This document shows positions 13,158 through 26,685 of a stretch of 64,000 bases of DNA, in pieces. The stretch lies in assembly GCA_964016885.1 (NCBI GenBank), contig OZ024740.1:264058001-264122000 (forward strand), in the 5' to 3' direction. Source of the DNA: Eledone cirrhosa (taxonomy: Eukaryota). The notes beneath the pieces are model-generated. The model did not search any database. It saw only the letters and a program-made list of their open reading frames with translations, and was not told the origin of the DNA. Every line of letters begins with the position of its first letter. Within the stretch, counting starts at the first letter, position 1. The position numbers and the translations under genes were made by a program.

Positions 13158-13832
13158 AGATAAGCAGAACAAGTAAAATTCAATCAATTTTTCAAAATAA
13201 ATCAAAATTAATATACAATCAAAATTAATCAAGATTAAAAAATATAATATAAATATTTACCTATTCTAATGGCCCTAACTGTACAGTTTCACGGTGCAAA
13301 ACATTAAATATCACCTGGATATTAATGGAAAAGCAACGATCATCAGAGAAACATTTTCCTGTCCTAGGGTTAAAAACCCCAGGAATGACAAAATATATGA
13401 CCTCACTCCAACTAATACAGGTCTAAAAGGTCGTGAAAGTGACCCGTAAATACATCGGTGTATAGTGAAGGCGGGAAATCGTAGACTCGCCGTCTATAGC
13501 TCGCCACTAAAAAAAGATTTTTAGTAACTAAATATAACGACAAAATGTGTATCTCTACATATGGAGATTATTGAAAAAGGTTAATATACATCTGAGGGTA
13601 CAATGTACCCCCGGAAATATATAGTGTATCTATGATTTAAGGTGGTTCTATGGTAATAATTTGATATACCAGAACATAATATCAAGATAAGCAGAACAAG
13701 TAAAATTCAATAAATTTTTCAAAATAAATCAAAATTAATATACAATCAAAATTAATCAAAATTAAAAAATATAATATAAATATTTACCTATTCTAATGGC
13801 CCTAACTGTACAGTTTCACGGTGGAAAACATT
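13153..13832 (-). repeat. Partial tandem repeat, period ~526 bp, carrying a hammerhead (PLE pseudo-LTR or retrozyme-like)
   Basis: 13153-13305 is duplicated at 13679-13832, and both ends adjoin (TA)n. Confidence 0.8.
13273..13350 (-). ncRNA. Type I hammerhead ribozyme with extended stem II
   Basis: ttct-CTGATGA-tcgttgc[ttttc cattaatatc caggt gatatttaatg tttt]gcaccgt-GAAA-ctgtacag-TT-aggg; stem III palindrome ACTGTACAGT; GUU site. Confidence 0.65.
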
Positions 13833-14018
13833 CTAAAGAATGAAACAGTTCTAGTCCTGTAGAATCTCATCTATATTAAAACTTTTATACTCTGCTATGT
13901 ATTGAGTACCTTACTTACTGTGGTTACCTCCGATTCAACACGGAATAACGTATATATATATATATATATATATATACATTATATTAATAAATGGAAACTA
14001 TATTTATAAAACCATATT

Positions 14019-14084
14019 TATTTTATTATATATATTTCAAGGGCAACCAAGGAAAATGATGGTGCGCTTTCATCAGATAAAATA
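14019..14084 (-). ncRNA. Type I hammerhead ribozyme
   Basis: tattttat-CTGATGA-aagcgcacc...ggttgccctt-GAAA-tatata-TA-ataaaata; 8-bp stem I. Confidence 0.7.
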
Positions 14085-14185
14085 CAGATTTGTTTTATAA
14101 ATAAATATTGACATACCCGGAAAAAGGACAACCTTAACGATTGGAGCTTCCGGTTATGTCAATATTTATTTATAAAACAAATCTG

Positions 14186-14251
14186 TATTTTATCTGATGA
14201 AAGCGCACCATAATTTGCCTCGGTTGCCCTTGAAATATATGTAATAAAATA
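14186..14251 (+). ncRNA. Type I hammerhead ribozyme
   Basis: tattttat-CTGATGA-aagcgcaccataatttgcctcggttgccctt-GAAA-tatat-GTA-ataaaata. Confidence 0.7.
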
Positions 14252-14850
14252 AATATGGTTTTATAAATATAGTTTCTATTTATTAATATAATGAGTATTT
14301 ACATCACTAATCATTTGAGTGCTTTATATCAGTTATAAAAATGTTTACGCTTGTTGAATCCCAACAAATTAAATATAACCTCTGCATATATATATATATT
14401 TTTATATATATATATATGTGTGTGTGTGTGTGGGGTGTGAGCTTGTGTAAAGATATATGTATATATATATATGTGGGAAATCGGTGCGGTGAGAATAGTA
14501 ACGTAGTAGAAATTGGTGAGCAACTTTGGGTAATGAGAGGTGACGCATGAATATTCACAGCCAATGGATGAATGTAAGTGGACAGAAAAATGGTGGTTAC
14601 GATGGGATTATTGAACCAATGAAAAGGCCGAAATAAGAGTATGCTAATATGTAATACGGATAAAGAACAGCTGAGATGTTTGAACACATGATACATATCT
14701 GAAGACCCTTCGAATGCAGATTCGGGTTGAGAGCTGTAACAGATCCTGCCTCGAGCTGATCGGCGGAGAACATATGTAATATGTTAATAAATTGTGGTTT
14801 GATGCAATACTGATTCCTCGTTCTTTATAAAATATATATATATAGAGAGA

Positions 14851-14992
14851 GAATAAGAAAAATCGAGGTAGTTTCAGATGTTAAAGTCCTTTAATGATAA
14901 TGCTGTGATACATATTTCAATATTGAAACATGTATCACAGCATTATCATTAATGGACTTTAACATCTGAAACTACCTCGATTTTTCTTATTC
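14851..14992. repeat. Near-perfect ~140 bp palindrome centred on ttcaatattgaa
   Basis: aataagaaaaatcgaggtagtttcagatg...catctgaaactacctcgatttttcttatt; the arm begins with an HHR-like 3' half, GAAACATGTA. Confidence 0.9.
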
Positions 14993-15068
14993 GATATATA
15001 CTCCGTCACTCCTATGTGGAATAAGTACGTTGAGTGCTTGAATTGAATTGCATCAATGTTTACCTTAA

Positions 15069-15162
<94 letters not shown>

Positions 15163-15929
15163 ATATATATATATGAAAACAGGGAGAAAAAGACGATTAT
15201 TAGGAAGAAAAATATTTGTTGATCCCTTTTTATTTATTTCTCTTTTTTTCTGTGTTAGAAAATGATTAAAATGAAATATTTTACTTTGTGTGAAGTGTTA
15301 AGGTATTAGTTGATTTATTTATTAATTAACAATGGCATTTATTTATTTATTTATATATTTAATATTTGTCTATTACCGCTTTAAGCATTTTTATGCATTA
15401 TCAAATGATAATAATATGTATTGGTGTAGAATGGTGGTGTTGGACATGTTAAAGAAATGGTGCAGAAACAATAATGTTATTTACAAACAAGGTTTTTGAA
15501 GTGAAAAGAAAAAAGAAAAAGAAATAAAGGGGCGTAATGTGGAGTTACCTCCCTAACACACTACCTAATCCTTTTTTCTTAAATAAATTAAATATCATCC
15601 AGCATGAATTACCTCCTCCTGCATATTAACTCTCTAAAAAGGGAAATCATATCAAACCCCACTCCACCATTTGCCTCCATCATGGATCAACTAAGCACTT
15701 GTTATTATTATATTTAGTCTATTTCCACGTGCTGTTGAAATGTTGGGTAAATATTCTATGGCGGTCGGCCGCGAAGAGATTGCTGTCGTTTATTTATCTT
15801 ATATTTCTTCATAGGTGCCTTTTAATCTCATAGCCTGGTCTAATTGATTTTCTATGTGGTTGATTATGCTAATTGGGAGAGGAAATGGTGTATATATATT
15901 ATCAAATGATTCTATGGACATACTTTATA

Positions 15930-16049
<120 letters not shown>

Positions 16050-16136
16050 ATAATAAATGTGAAGACTAAAATCCAAAGAGGGCTCGATAAGTATAAATAT
16101 ATATCAAATATATAAGAACCCTAGAGTAAATGTTTA

Positions 16137-16222
16137 CTAAAATAACAGATTGAAGTTTAAGCAAAGAATCGTTAAGGGTGAATGCAGCGATTCTTTGCTT
16201 AAACTTTAATCTGTTATTTTAA
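16137..16222. repeat. Short fold-back repeat; related copy at about 54927-54980
   Basis: taaaataacagattgaagtttaagcaaagaatcg ... cgattctttgcttaaactttaatctgttatttta. Confidence 0.85.
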
Positions 16223-16502
16223 TATATATATATATATAAACGGAAAAAATGAAACGAAATTTCATTTCCCACTCTTAGTACGGCTGTTACTTAAATATAA
16301 GTATGTATACGTACATACATATATGTATACAGACGTACAGTAGTATGTATATATATATACATACATGCACATAAATATATATGTACGTATGGATTCACCA
16401 AACATTTATTATAATGCTCGGTGTGTTTGTAAACAAACATCCCGTATAAAGCCGCAGTGTCTAGCAACCACCGTTGCTCGTTTGTTCAACACTGACAAAG
16501 GA

Positions 16503-16545
16503 ACGCTGTACTAGTTTCAAGCTTGTTAGCTATCGTCAGCAACGT
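16503..16545 (-). ncRNA. Minimal type I hammerhead ribozyme (unit 1)
   Basis: acgttg-CTGACGA-tagct aaca agctt-GAAA-cta-GTA-cagcgt; stem III palindrome ACTAGT. Confidence 0.85.
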
Positions 16546-16930
16546 ATACCTTCCTGCCAGATTGTTGAACGTCCGAAAGTATATACCTTCCTTATGCATA
16601 TTTACGGCTGAGTAGCCCAATTTGCATATCGAGTGGGTTAATCGGCCGGGTTCACCGAAAACGATAAACGGAAAAAGTGAAACGAAATTTCATTTTCCAC
16701 TCTTAGTACGGCTGTTACTTAAATATAAGTATGTATACGTACATACATATATGTATACAGACGTACAGTAGTATGTAAATATATATACATACATGCACAT
16801 AAATATATATGTACGTATGGATTCACCAAACATTTATTATAATGCTCGGTGTGTTTGTAAACAAACATCCCGTATAAAGCTGCAGTGTCTAGCAACCACC
16901 GTTGCTCGTTTGTTCAACACTGACAAAGGA

Positions 16931-16973
16931 ACGCTGTACTAGTTTCAAGCTTGTTAGATATCGTCAGCAACGT
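16931..16973 (-). ncRNA. Minimal type I hammerhead ribozyme (unit 2, one stem II mismatch)
   Basis: Same as unit 1 except that stem II reads tatct/agctt. Confidence 0.75.
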
Positions 16974-17360
16974 ATACCTTCCTGCCAGATTGTTGAACGT
17001 CCGAAAGTATATACCTTCCTTATGCATATTTACGGCTGAGTAGCCCAATTTGCATATCGAGTGGGTTAATCGGCCGGGTTCACCGAAAACGATAAACGGA
17101 AAAAATGAAACGAAATTTCATTTTCCACTCTTAGTACGGCTGTTACTTAAATATAAGTATGTATACGTACATACATATATGTATACAGACGTACAGTAGT
17201 ATGTATATATATATATACATACATGCACATAAATATATATGTACGTATGGATTCACCAAACATTTATTATAATGCTCGGTGTGTTTGTAAACAAACATCC
17301 CGTATAAAGCCGCAGTGTCTAGCAACCGCCGTTACTCGTTTGTTCAACACTGACAAAGGA

Positions 17361-17403
17361 ACGCTGTACTAGTTTCAAGCTTGTTAGCTATCGTCAGCAA
17401 CGT
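17361..17403 (-). ncRNA. Minimal type I hammerhead ribozyme (unit 3)
   Basis: Core identical to unit 1. Confidence 0.85.
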
Positions 17404-20099
17404 ATACCTTCCTGTCAGATTGTTGAACGTCCGAAAGTATATACTTGCCTTATGCATATTAACGGCTGAGTAGCCCAATTTGCATATATTTACTGTTGTC
17501 TCTTACACCTATTAAATACATCTATATGATGATAGAACATTATAACTCAGGTTCTGATAAAACATTTCTCAGTGTTCTACAATGTTCATAAATCTGTTGA
17601 CGATTGACCTGAGTGTCAAAATCTGAATGAAAATACTAGCATATGTTTCAGCTCCAATAAACTAAGCCCTCCGTATATATCAATAACATCTCATAGAATT
17701 TCGTCATATGTCAATTAAACAATAAGAAATCTGTATAATGGAATGAAGGTTTGCCTCGTGTATAGTCAATTACATTGATTTAAATGTGGTCTGTTATTTC
17801 CTCACAAAGATTAAACTTTTAATCTTTAACCGGGCTAAATATTCCCGAGCAACTTTTACATACAAAACTCTTCATATATTTTACTATTTGAATTATACGT
17901 TATTAAGTGAACGTACATATTGAACGTTATTACATTTTGACGTACATATTCTTACAGTACCGCACAAAGTTTTCCACACCACTCGTACAACATCAATAAT
18001 GTGTAAGACATTTAACCAGCATGTTCATCGCTTATCTTCGGCGGATTTTCGGGTCCACTCGTCTTTATCTGCTAAGCTAGAAATAGTATGCAATCTCAGG
18101 AATATTAAATGCTTTTCTCCTGGTTCAATTTGTTAGATTTTGAGCATACATCAACCAAATTATTGATACTGAAGAAGCGTAGTTCGAAATGTTTGTAAAT
18201 CACAGGTGTTTCATTAAAATGGAATATTTACTTTAATACTGATGCAAAATAAAATTGTTTCTATATTGCATGTTATTACTGTAAATACTCTACGAAATTG
18301 GGATAATTTGTAAACTAATAAATACTTTTGTATTTTCCTCGCTCATATGAGTCACACGTTTCTAACCCACGGATTTTTTAATCATTAACACACCGATATG
18401 TTTACTTAAGTTTTAGCATTTAACTATTTTAGGAAAAGAATATATAAAATGATCTTTGATACGTTTACAAATATATGAACAACTGTAACTGTATTTGTCT
18501 ATGATGGGATGTTGAAAATAAATATCGAAATATATATTGTGTTTTCATACTATCTTTGCACTATTTGGATATTTATCTAATATAACATAGAATTCTATTT
18601 AAATATGTATCCTTAAAATACACATACATCATTGTATAAAGTGGACAATCTATATAACGTAACAATAATGAAAAAAATTTCAGTGGAAATAGCATAAACA
18701 GATTAGAGACAACTCAATAGATTACCGTATAATTTAATATGTATTATCACAAACGATTTAAGTAATTAACTTTATCTATCTTTGAAACACAAAAGAAAAC
18801 TAAACATAAACTGAAACTTAATAGAAGTAAAATAAACTTACAGTTTCAAAGTGAGAATTTGTTTAAAATATAAAAATAATAAGTGAGTAACAGAAGATAA
18901 AACAATGCATTTGTTTTGTTAATTTTTGAAGTCTTTGTAGTGTGAAGTAATTGTCTCTATATAGGAAGGGAATTAACCTATGAATAATTTGGGATCCTTT
19001 TAGAAGAAAGTTTTCAATGGCAGTATATACTCTTCACTTTCTAACTCTTATCGCATCTAAATAGATAGTTTCTCATAACGCTAACTAAATTTATCTCTTT
19101 AAATATCACCAGCTTCAAAGAAAATGTTTAACATTAATCAAATTCTGTTATGAATAGTTTAAAAAAAGGCAATCTTCTTACTTTCATAAAATTCATGCAT
19201 AAAATCAATTTCGTCTAGTTATTCATTATTCTACATACAATTCAATTTAAGCTCTTTTTTTCTACTAGAGATCATTCTCAGTGATGACAAAGCGTTAGAA
19301 TAGAAAAAAAAACTTGAATGTCTTCTTTTTCATTAATATTTCACTTCGTAGAGGAATACATCCCAATGAAACTTCATATGTGTATTCTTACAGAAATATG
19401 TAGTAATAACCACCCCCTGCGAAAAGAAAAAGAATATTGACAAAAAAATATTACGATTTTTACCTCCAAAAGATTGGAGATATTACGAAAGCAATTGTTC
19501 TTGCATACAGCCCCATATGAATTAGCTATTAACATCACCTGACAGTATGGATGTTATAATAGCATAGCTGAAAGCATTTTCAAGTCTCAATACTTTTCAT
19601 ATAACTTTTCGTTCAGATTTTCTTTAATGTTAAAAATAAATTTCTGTTGAAGTCCATGTTAATTAAATTCATTAAATTCTAAATCTTTGTACAGAAATAA
19701 TGTCAGACTGATATGAACCCGTTTCAATATTCCGCTATTCCGTTCTGATTTGACATTGGATATATAGACTGCCATAACATTTTAAGATTGGTATTAATCC
19801 GGAATAAAATGTACTTATGTAATTGTTTCCTCCTAACGTATGACTTTCTACTATAATCTAAAAGCGAGATATCCAGGGCTAGAATGGAAGGTGATGTGAA
19901 CCAAATGTTGATGAGGCAGTGTAATATATAGAAAAGGGTGAGAAAAATTCAACTTAACAATGTCCTGAGCTGAATTATGATTTCGAAATATTAAATAATA
20001 TTACATAAGAAAATAAGAAGTTTAGAAATTTGAATTATATAATTTCCAATTTGCATAATTGTTGCTAGAAGAACGGAATTATTAAAGTAGTATTTATCA

Positions 20100-20465
20100 C
20101 TACTATATGTATCCATATATCCGTATACATGTACGGCGATATAGATGTATACGTATATGCATACATACATACATACATACATACACACATACATGCATAC
20201 ACACGTAGATACATACATACATGCATACATACATACATACACACATACATGCATACACACGTACATACATAGATTCATGCATACATACATACGTACATAC
20301 ACACATACATGCATACAGACATACATCCATACCGTATTAAATATATTACCTTATGTACAAATATATATATATATATACACACAAATGTACACACATACTC
20401 TCACATATGTACATCGAAACTCACAACCACACTCACATACACGTTCACAGGTACACACACATAAT
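20100..20465. repeat. (CATA)n/(CA)n degenerate microsatellite
   Basis: Seen directly. Confidence 0.9.
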
Positions 20466-20480
20466 GTAAAGTTGCTGTTA

Positions 20481-23400
20481 TTCAAGTATCGGCTCGAGGG
20501 CAAATACATACAAGAGGGACGAGAGAGGACCGAGCGCATGATGCTGAACGGCTGTGACAGGTGACCGTTCACCTTCACAACTGAGCAGATGTCGCTGGCA
20601 TCGCAATGATCCAACCCCTGAAAACGGGGGCCAAAGTCGGCCACCTCGAGGACCACCGCCAGGTGCCGATAGTCGACCCTATCAAATGCTTAAATTGATC
20701 CAAGTTGATCAGGACCTGAGCCAGATTACTTAACAACACTCTCTATGATGTATCGCATGAGGTGGAGATTGTCGTGGATGGATCTGTCAGGAATGGTACA
20801 TGTCCGCGCCTCTCCAACCAGATCTCCGAGGACAAGCACCAATCTCGTAGCTATCACCTTGGCCAAAATCTTGAAATCTGCGTTTAGCAGAGTTATGGGA
20901 CTGAAGTTGTCTATAACGTCCTTCTTGTTCGGGTCCTTTCTCAGCAGCTGCACTGCTCGCCAGCTAACAAAACTGAGAATGGTCGCCTTCTCCTGCCAGT
21001 TGCAGGAGAAGACTGCCAAGTGGTTGCCGAACAATTCTGGCATGTACGCATAAAGCTTGTAGGGCTCGTTGCTTCCCCGCGAACAGTTGAGCAAAATGCT
21101 GCTGAAAACCCTCACACATCTGCTAGGGTTCGAGTAACATGTGCCCGATTTGGTGAGGCAAAGACCGACTTGTGGCTTTGTTGCGACGTCACGCCTCCAC
21201 CACCTGGGCTCATTGGACGGCTTTCGTCCTCTCATGACTCAGAGCTTTGACAGCGCAGCCTTCGTGCTTTGCGTTGAAGAATTGGTCGAGAACCAATCTC
21301 GCCACAAAGACGTTGGTTCCGATGCCTGTCCTAAACGCCTCTTCTAGCTTCCTAACTAACTATCCATCTACTCTGTTTTCCTCTATCGCTACTACTTTGC
21401 TAAACCTTATAGATTCTACACTAATTGCCCTTTTCCGGGTAAGCCATCACCAGCTGTTGAATTTCGCACCCGTCAACGCACGCTTATCTAATTCACTTAT
21501 CCGGTCACTGTAAGCTTTGGTATGGGTGCCACAGACGTTGCCCTCCTAGTCACCACAGGAAGGACCTGACGCCTCTGTTGCCTGCTCTGCTCCTGGAAGC
21601 AGTGGTTCAGGCTTTGGAAGACGTGGGGCTTCTCCTTTGCTGTCTTCTGTGGGCCTGAGATGGCCCTTTGACCCACAGAGAAAACACTTTGGGCGCATTC
21701 CCTTAACACTTATGGGCAGTTGAACTCCTTCTTCGACGTATATGACATCTGGGATAGCCTCCATACTCTCCTAGACGGTTTGGATTAGCATTTGAAAATC
21801 CAATACCTGACAAATTTTCCCTCTCTATCCTCTGCACTTGTGGTGTTTTCGTCCTGTCCTCGTTTCTGGCGAGGAGAGACGCGGCAAGCCAGGGTATGGG
21901 CACGTTGTGTGGGAGCTGCATCACTATTACCCTCACAATGTTCTGCCCACAGTAGGACACCAACACCATCTCATTTTGTAGGGTTGCTTCTTGGGGGTGT
22001 CAAAAAGCACATTCACGGTGGCATACGTTTTGCCTCGGGAGATGTGGCTTTTGCGTGCCGACACGCACCCCAAGGCCTTTTGAATTTGGGCATCCGTGGA
22101 TCTCTCCACCCGATGTGATGTTTTGCTTATCGTACGGTATATCACTCAACGCAGCTGTTGATCTTTGAAAAAATCGAGTGGAGGTTTCAGGGAGTCTCAA
22201 TTTGCATTTCTAGTCACCATGCCCTTTCGACTGCCATTTCCTTCTCGATGACTATCACAGTTTATACATTTCGGGGCACCCCCGCAAAAAAACATTGTTT
22301 CGTCAGCTACTGCTGCTACTGGTCTTGTTGTCCCTGCCTGTAGAGTTTATCTCGAACCGGCAGTGGTCCCCGGTAGCACTGTCAAGTGAGGGATTTCTGG
22401 AAGTTATCCATCGTCTCCATCTCAAAAGTCCTCTGGAACAGACTGGTCAGTTCGACTTTGTCGACGCCCAGAGCCTCTCGGAATGCATCGTTGCACTGGC
22501 CTACCAATAATCCTCTATAGAACTAGAACTCGAGAATAGAAATTCCACTGACCACTTTGCCCACCTGGTAGAGAGCAGTGAGTGTCTGGTAACATTCCAG
22601 ATGCCAGTCACGCAGTCTCGGTCTCTTCTTGACCCAGGACTGCAGCTCAGACAAAGAGACGAGCTGCGGAAACGCCCGTCTGACAAACGGCGACCACACC
22701 TGTTCACCATTAGGCAGAATATTTGGAAATGCTGCAGAATCAGCGTATATCTGCACATCATTTGCCACGGCATGCTAAGCCCTCCACGTAGAGGGTGCTG
22801 GCAGCTGATGGATCGCCTCACCAATGGAACCAGTGTCCTCTACACGAAGCTGATGAAGAGCAGTTCCGAATTGGCAAGGCGCAGACGGGGGAAAGGCACG
22901 GCGGTCAGGCGGTAGTAGATAACGGACGAGATGTACACATTCGACACCTTTTCCCGACATTTAAGTGGCAGCTTCATTGCAGTCCATTTCTGGGTGAGAC
23001 TGGTTACACTGATGGTTACTTCATCCCAATTCCTATCCACCTGGTGGTCTGGGCCGAACCAAAGACCGAGCAACTTTACTGGTTCGTCCGTCCAGCGCCC
23101 AATGACGCTGTTGAACGGCATAGACACGCCTCTCCGTGTGCTGAGATGCAAGCCCACCGACTTATCCGGATTATGTTTCGCTCTCGTCAACCTTTCATAT
23201 TCCTCCAATCAGGTGCCGACAACCCCGATTTCCGAGGTGTCCGACACCATCACGGCGATGTCGTCGGCATAGGCCGACACAGCCTTTCCGCGTCCCGATT
23301 AGAGCTGGATGCCCTGTAACAGCTCCAGCTTCCGCAGTAAAGACTCGAGAGTCAACACGTAAAGAAGGAATCGAAGCCAACTGCCTTGAGCACAGCCTCC

Positions 23401-24540
23401 AGGTACTGGTGGTCGACCCTATCGAATTCTTTTGATTTATTTAAATTGATCACAGCCCAACCGTCGCCCGGTTTAAACCCTACCGTCTCTATGATGTATC
23501 GCATGAGGTGGAGCTGGTCGTGTATGGACCTGGTCGTGGTTGTACAGGTTTTGTTGTTGGCGGTGTTTCGACTCTTTTTGCGGTTGTGGGGCTGCGGGTT
23601 TCAGTGCTGGTGGAGCGTTCCGTCCCGGCACTGGCGTTGGCAACACAGGAGTTTTGTGGCCCCCTGCATTTTTGAGCTGAGAGCGGAAGACTCGCAGATG
23701 CTTTGCTTCAGCGCAGACGAAGCAGTTCAGCCTTCTGCCTTCAGTAATCAACTGAAGCATTGACCCGTCCTGCAGGCGGACAAAGTTCAGGATGTTATGT
23801 AGGTCTTCTGGTATTATTTGGAGAATAATCCCCAAATCCACCCCGGACCAGTCCTCTCTGTCAGTCTTTTTATTGGTAACATATAAGGGACAATACATTA
23901 GAAAGGGACAGTGGGGATTTACATATATAACGAGTAAATATATATATATAACAGTAAAACGAATGACAAGAAAGATACAACACTGAAATTTTCCCAGTTG
24001 AGGGGATAACCACCAAGGGTTCACTCCGGCACCACACGACGATTCGAGGGTACCCGGAAAGGATACCTCTCTCCTCATCAAATTACCCTGCCTACAGGCG
24101 CATGCCCCGAGCAGGCTCAATCATACTCATTTTTAAACATTTGTACGGGATGAGGGCAGCACTTCTCTCTCCAACCTTACCTTCCTTTCCAACTTGAAAA
24201 CGTTGATGAAGGATTGGCAGAAGAGAAAAGTATATGTCATCAGTATTTTGAAACTGGTCCACCAAACAATTTCTTTTGCTACCACCACCAGACAGAGGAA
24301 TATTGCCTGCCCTTCTTGACCAAACGAGATTGGCGTGTCGATCTTCACGATAGACTCGGTCGATAGCAGGGTTCGTTCTACATACAAGAACAGCTGTTCG
24401 TCATAACTCCGCCTGACAGCACTTCTGTGCCCATAGAGTTTATCTAAAACCAGCAGTGACCTCGGTAGCATTGCCAACCGAGGGATTACTGGAAGATATC
24501 CATAGTCCGTAGCTTGAAAGACCTCCTCACCAGAAATCAA
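20481..24540 (-). mobile_element. Mosaic of decayed Tx1-clade LINE fragments (ORF2/ORF1/ORF2/ORF1/3'UTR/ORF2)
   Basis: RT pieces FSPITLLNADFKILAK (20726-21235) and SAYADD (~23265). ORF1 knuckles CFLCGSKGHLR (~21655-21690) and CFVCAEAKHLR (~23695-23725). AATAAA at about 23870. C-terminal AKEIVWWT at about 24255-24280. Confidence 0.85.
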
Positions 24541-24984
24541 TATTGGAATTGGTCAGGTGCATATCAGAGATGAAAGTTCATATCGTCGCGGGTTTCTTCC
24601 TAAACCATAGGGCTTCGGTGTGACATTAATCTGCATCCAGTGGCAAGGCTCCAATTCGGGTTTCAGGAGCTGGGAGATGTGGGTTATGTCTTAGTTGTCA
24701 TCCCTCCCAGGTCTGCTCTTGCCCTGAGCTGTATTACCTGTTAGGACCCCTTTATCAGTTAAATAATTAATTTATTCGAATAGAACCGGTAGGGTTTTAT
24801 CAGCCACTGAAAAGAACCACAGAGAATATAATTAAAAGCACTAGGCTGAAATCCCCAAGTACACTGTCAAGGAGCAGTTTTATGACTTTGCTGGTTTAAA
24901 GCCGCATGGAGAAACAGTGGGTGATGTGTGAACTGTCTCTTTGTCACAATAGAAACATACAGAGAACTCCGATTTGTCCTGCAG

Positions 24985-25440
24985 AAAAAGCATTAAAATC
25001 GGCACACTAAATGTAAGGACTTTTATGATGCTGGATAGCAGAGAAAAAGGTGGGCCATCTGTTCGAGGAGAGAAGTGTGCAGATCCTTGCGATCCAAGAA
25101 CAGAAGATTCTATATGACGAGCCTCTGAAGAAGACGATGAGCGGAAGAAGGAGCCATCTCAACACAACTAACACTGATGTAGAAGTAAGGTTTGTGTTGA
25201 GTGCAAGAGCAAATCAATTAGTGAAAGAAATGATAACTGTCTCCCCGCGAGTTTTGTTGGTGACATTAAATGGAAATCAAAGGTTGACAATCATCTCAGA
25301 CTATAGTCCAAATGAGAGGGACAGTCATAAGAGTGTAGAGTAGTTCCATGAGAAAATTTGTAGAGTTTTCCACAACATACTAGCTCACATCCTGCTTGTT
25401 CTGGGTCACTTCAATACAAATCTGAATAAGGATACCATTG
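24985..25440 (+). mobile_element. Decayed APE endonuclease region of an RTE-like LINE
   Basis: LKIGTLNVRT, ILAIQE, VSPRVLLVTL, LTIISDYSP and LLVLGHFN motifs. Confidence 0.7.
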
Positions 25441-25633
25441 AGTATCACAAGTATATATAGATACGTTATGTGTGTGTGTGTAAACTACAGCAATAACAAA
25501 GCAAATGACATACTGCAAGGAAACAATGTACGCAAAATATAGAATGAGAAATTAAAGAGGAAATAAAAAGATAGAAAGTGGACAAAAACAATTTAAACAT
25601 TTTTTTGGAAGAAAACAGGTCCATTCAAGTCGT

Positions 25634-25707
<74 letters not shown>

Positions 25708-25833
25708 TATAAGTAGAAGGGGTATTTAATTTGTTGGAAGTCCGACAAATATACATGTTTATAACTGATTTAGAGCACTCCAAAGTTTACAATGATATTA
25801 AATAAATGGAAACTATATTTATAAAACCATATT

Positions 25834-25897
25834 TATTTTATTATATATATTTCAAGGGTACCAAGACAACTTTGGTGCGCTTTCATCAGATAAAATA
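25834..25897 (-). ncRNA. Type I hammerhead ribozyme in Penelope terminal repeat
   Basis: tattttat-CTGATGA-aagcgcaccaaagttgtcttggtaccctt-GAAA-tatata-TA-ataaaata. Confidence 0.7.
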
Positions 25898-26685
25898 CAA
25901 AGTTTATTTTATAAATAGAGACATACCCATGAAAATCATACCTTATCGGTTGGAAATTCACTGGATAGTGGAAATATATTAGGGACTATTCAAACTTATG
26001 TGTGATTATGCAAATGAATATGTAAATAATTGAAAAACAACCGTTTATTTAAATGACACTGGAGAAAGAGAGAAAGAGAAGATATAAGGGGGGAGAGACG
26101 AAAAATAGTACGAGAGAGAGAGAAGAAATAAACAAGAGAGGATGAATAAAACTCATATAACGCTAATTTTGGGGAAATATATTCTAAGTGTATATCTTAA
26201 TAGTATGTGTATTTACGATTATTAGTTGTTTAAAATCGTTTATAATATAATATTTTCTGTTATAAGTAGATAAACAAATAAATAAATACATAAATAAATA
26301 GATGGGTATATCATGTTATAGATAATTGTTTTAATGATTTATGAGGGATATTGGTTTTGTATTTAATGTAAGTAAATATTAAATTAATTTAAATTAAATT
26401 AACTGAGTTAATAAGAATATTTATATTTATATATTTTAAAATGGGAAGATACGGAAAAATTCCAGTTTAATTTATTTATTCGTTAGTATGAGACTATTTC
26501 GTCAAAATAAGTATAAATGTTGAACGATATATTTAGCCAGAATCAGTGATTATAAATCTAATAATAAATATTTAAAAAATATTAAAAATTTGAGAACATT
26601 TTTAAAAAAAATAATTTATAAGAGATAAATAATTTTTAAAAGAAATAAAAAAATTAAAGATATAAAGAATTAAAAATTATTAAGA

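Larger units (their letters stand above)
13976..14293. repeat. Fold-back inverted repeat (~145 bp arms) carrying two opposite hammerheads
   Basis: Arms at 13976-14122 and 14148-14293. Same family as 25795-25950. Confidence 0.9.
16237..17487 (-). repeat. Tandem array of ~2.9 x 428 bp units, one hammerhead per unit (non-LTR retrozyme or PLE pLTR-like)
   Basis: The unit marker cggaaaaa occurs at 16241, 16669 and 17097 (period 428). The copies are near-identical. Confidence 0.93.

Noticed and set aside
14695-14745. CTGAAGA-ccc..ggg-GAGA..GTA motif
   Set aside because: GAAA is mutated and stems I and III do not pair convincingly; at best a decayed HHR.
16237-17487. Regular repeats considered as a CRISPR array
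   Set aside because: Eukaryotic context, 428-bp identical units without unique spacers, and no cas genes.
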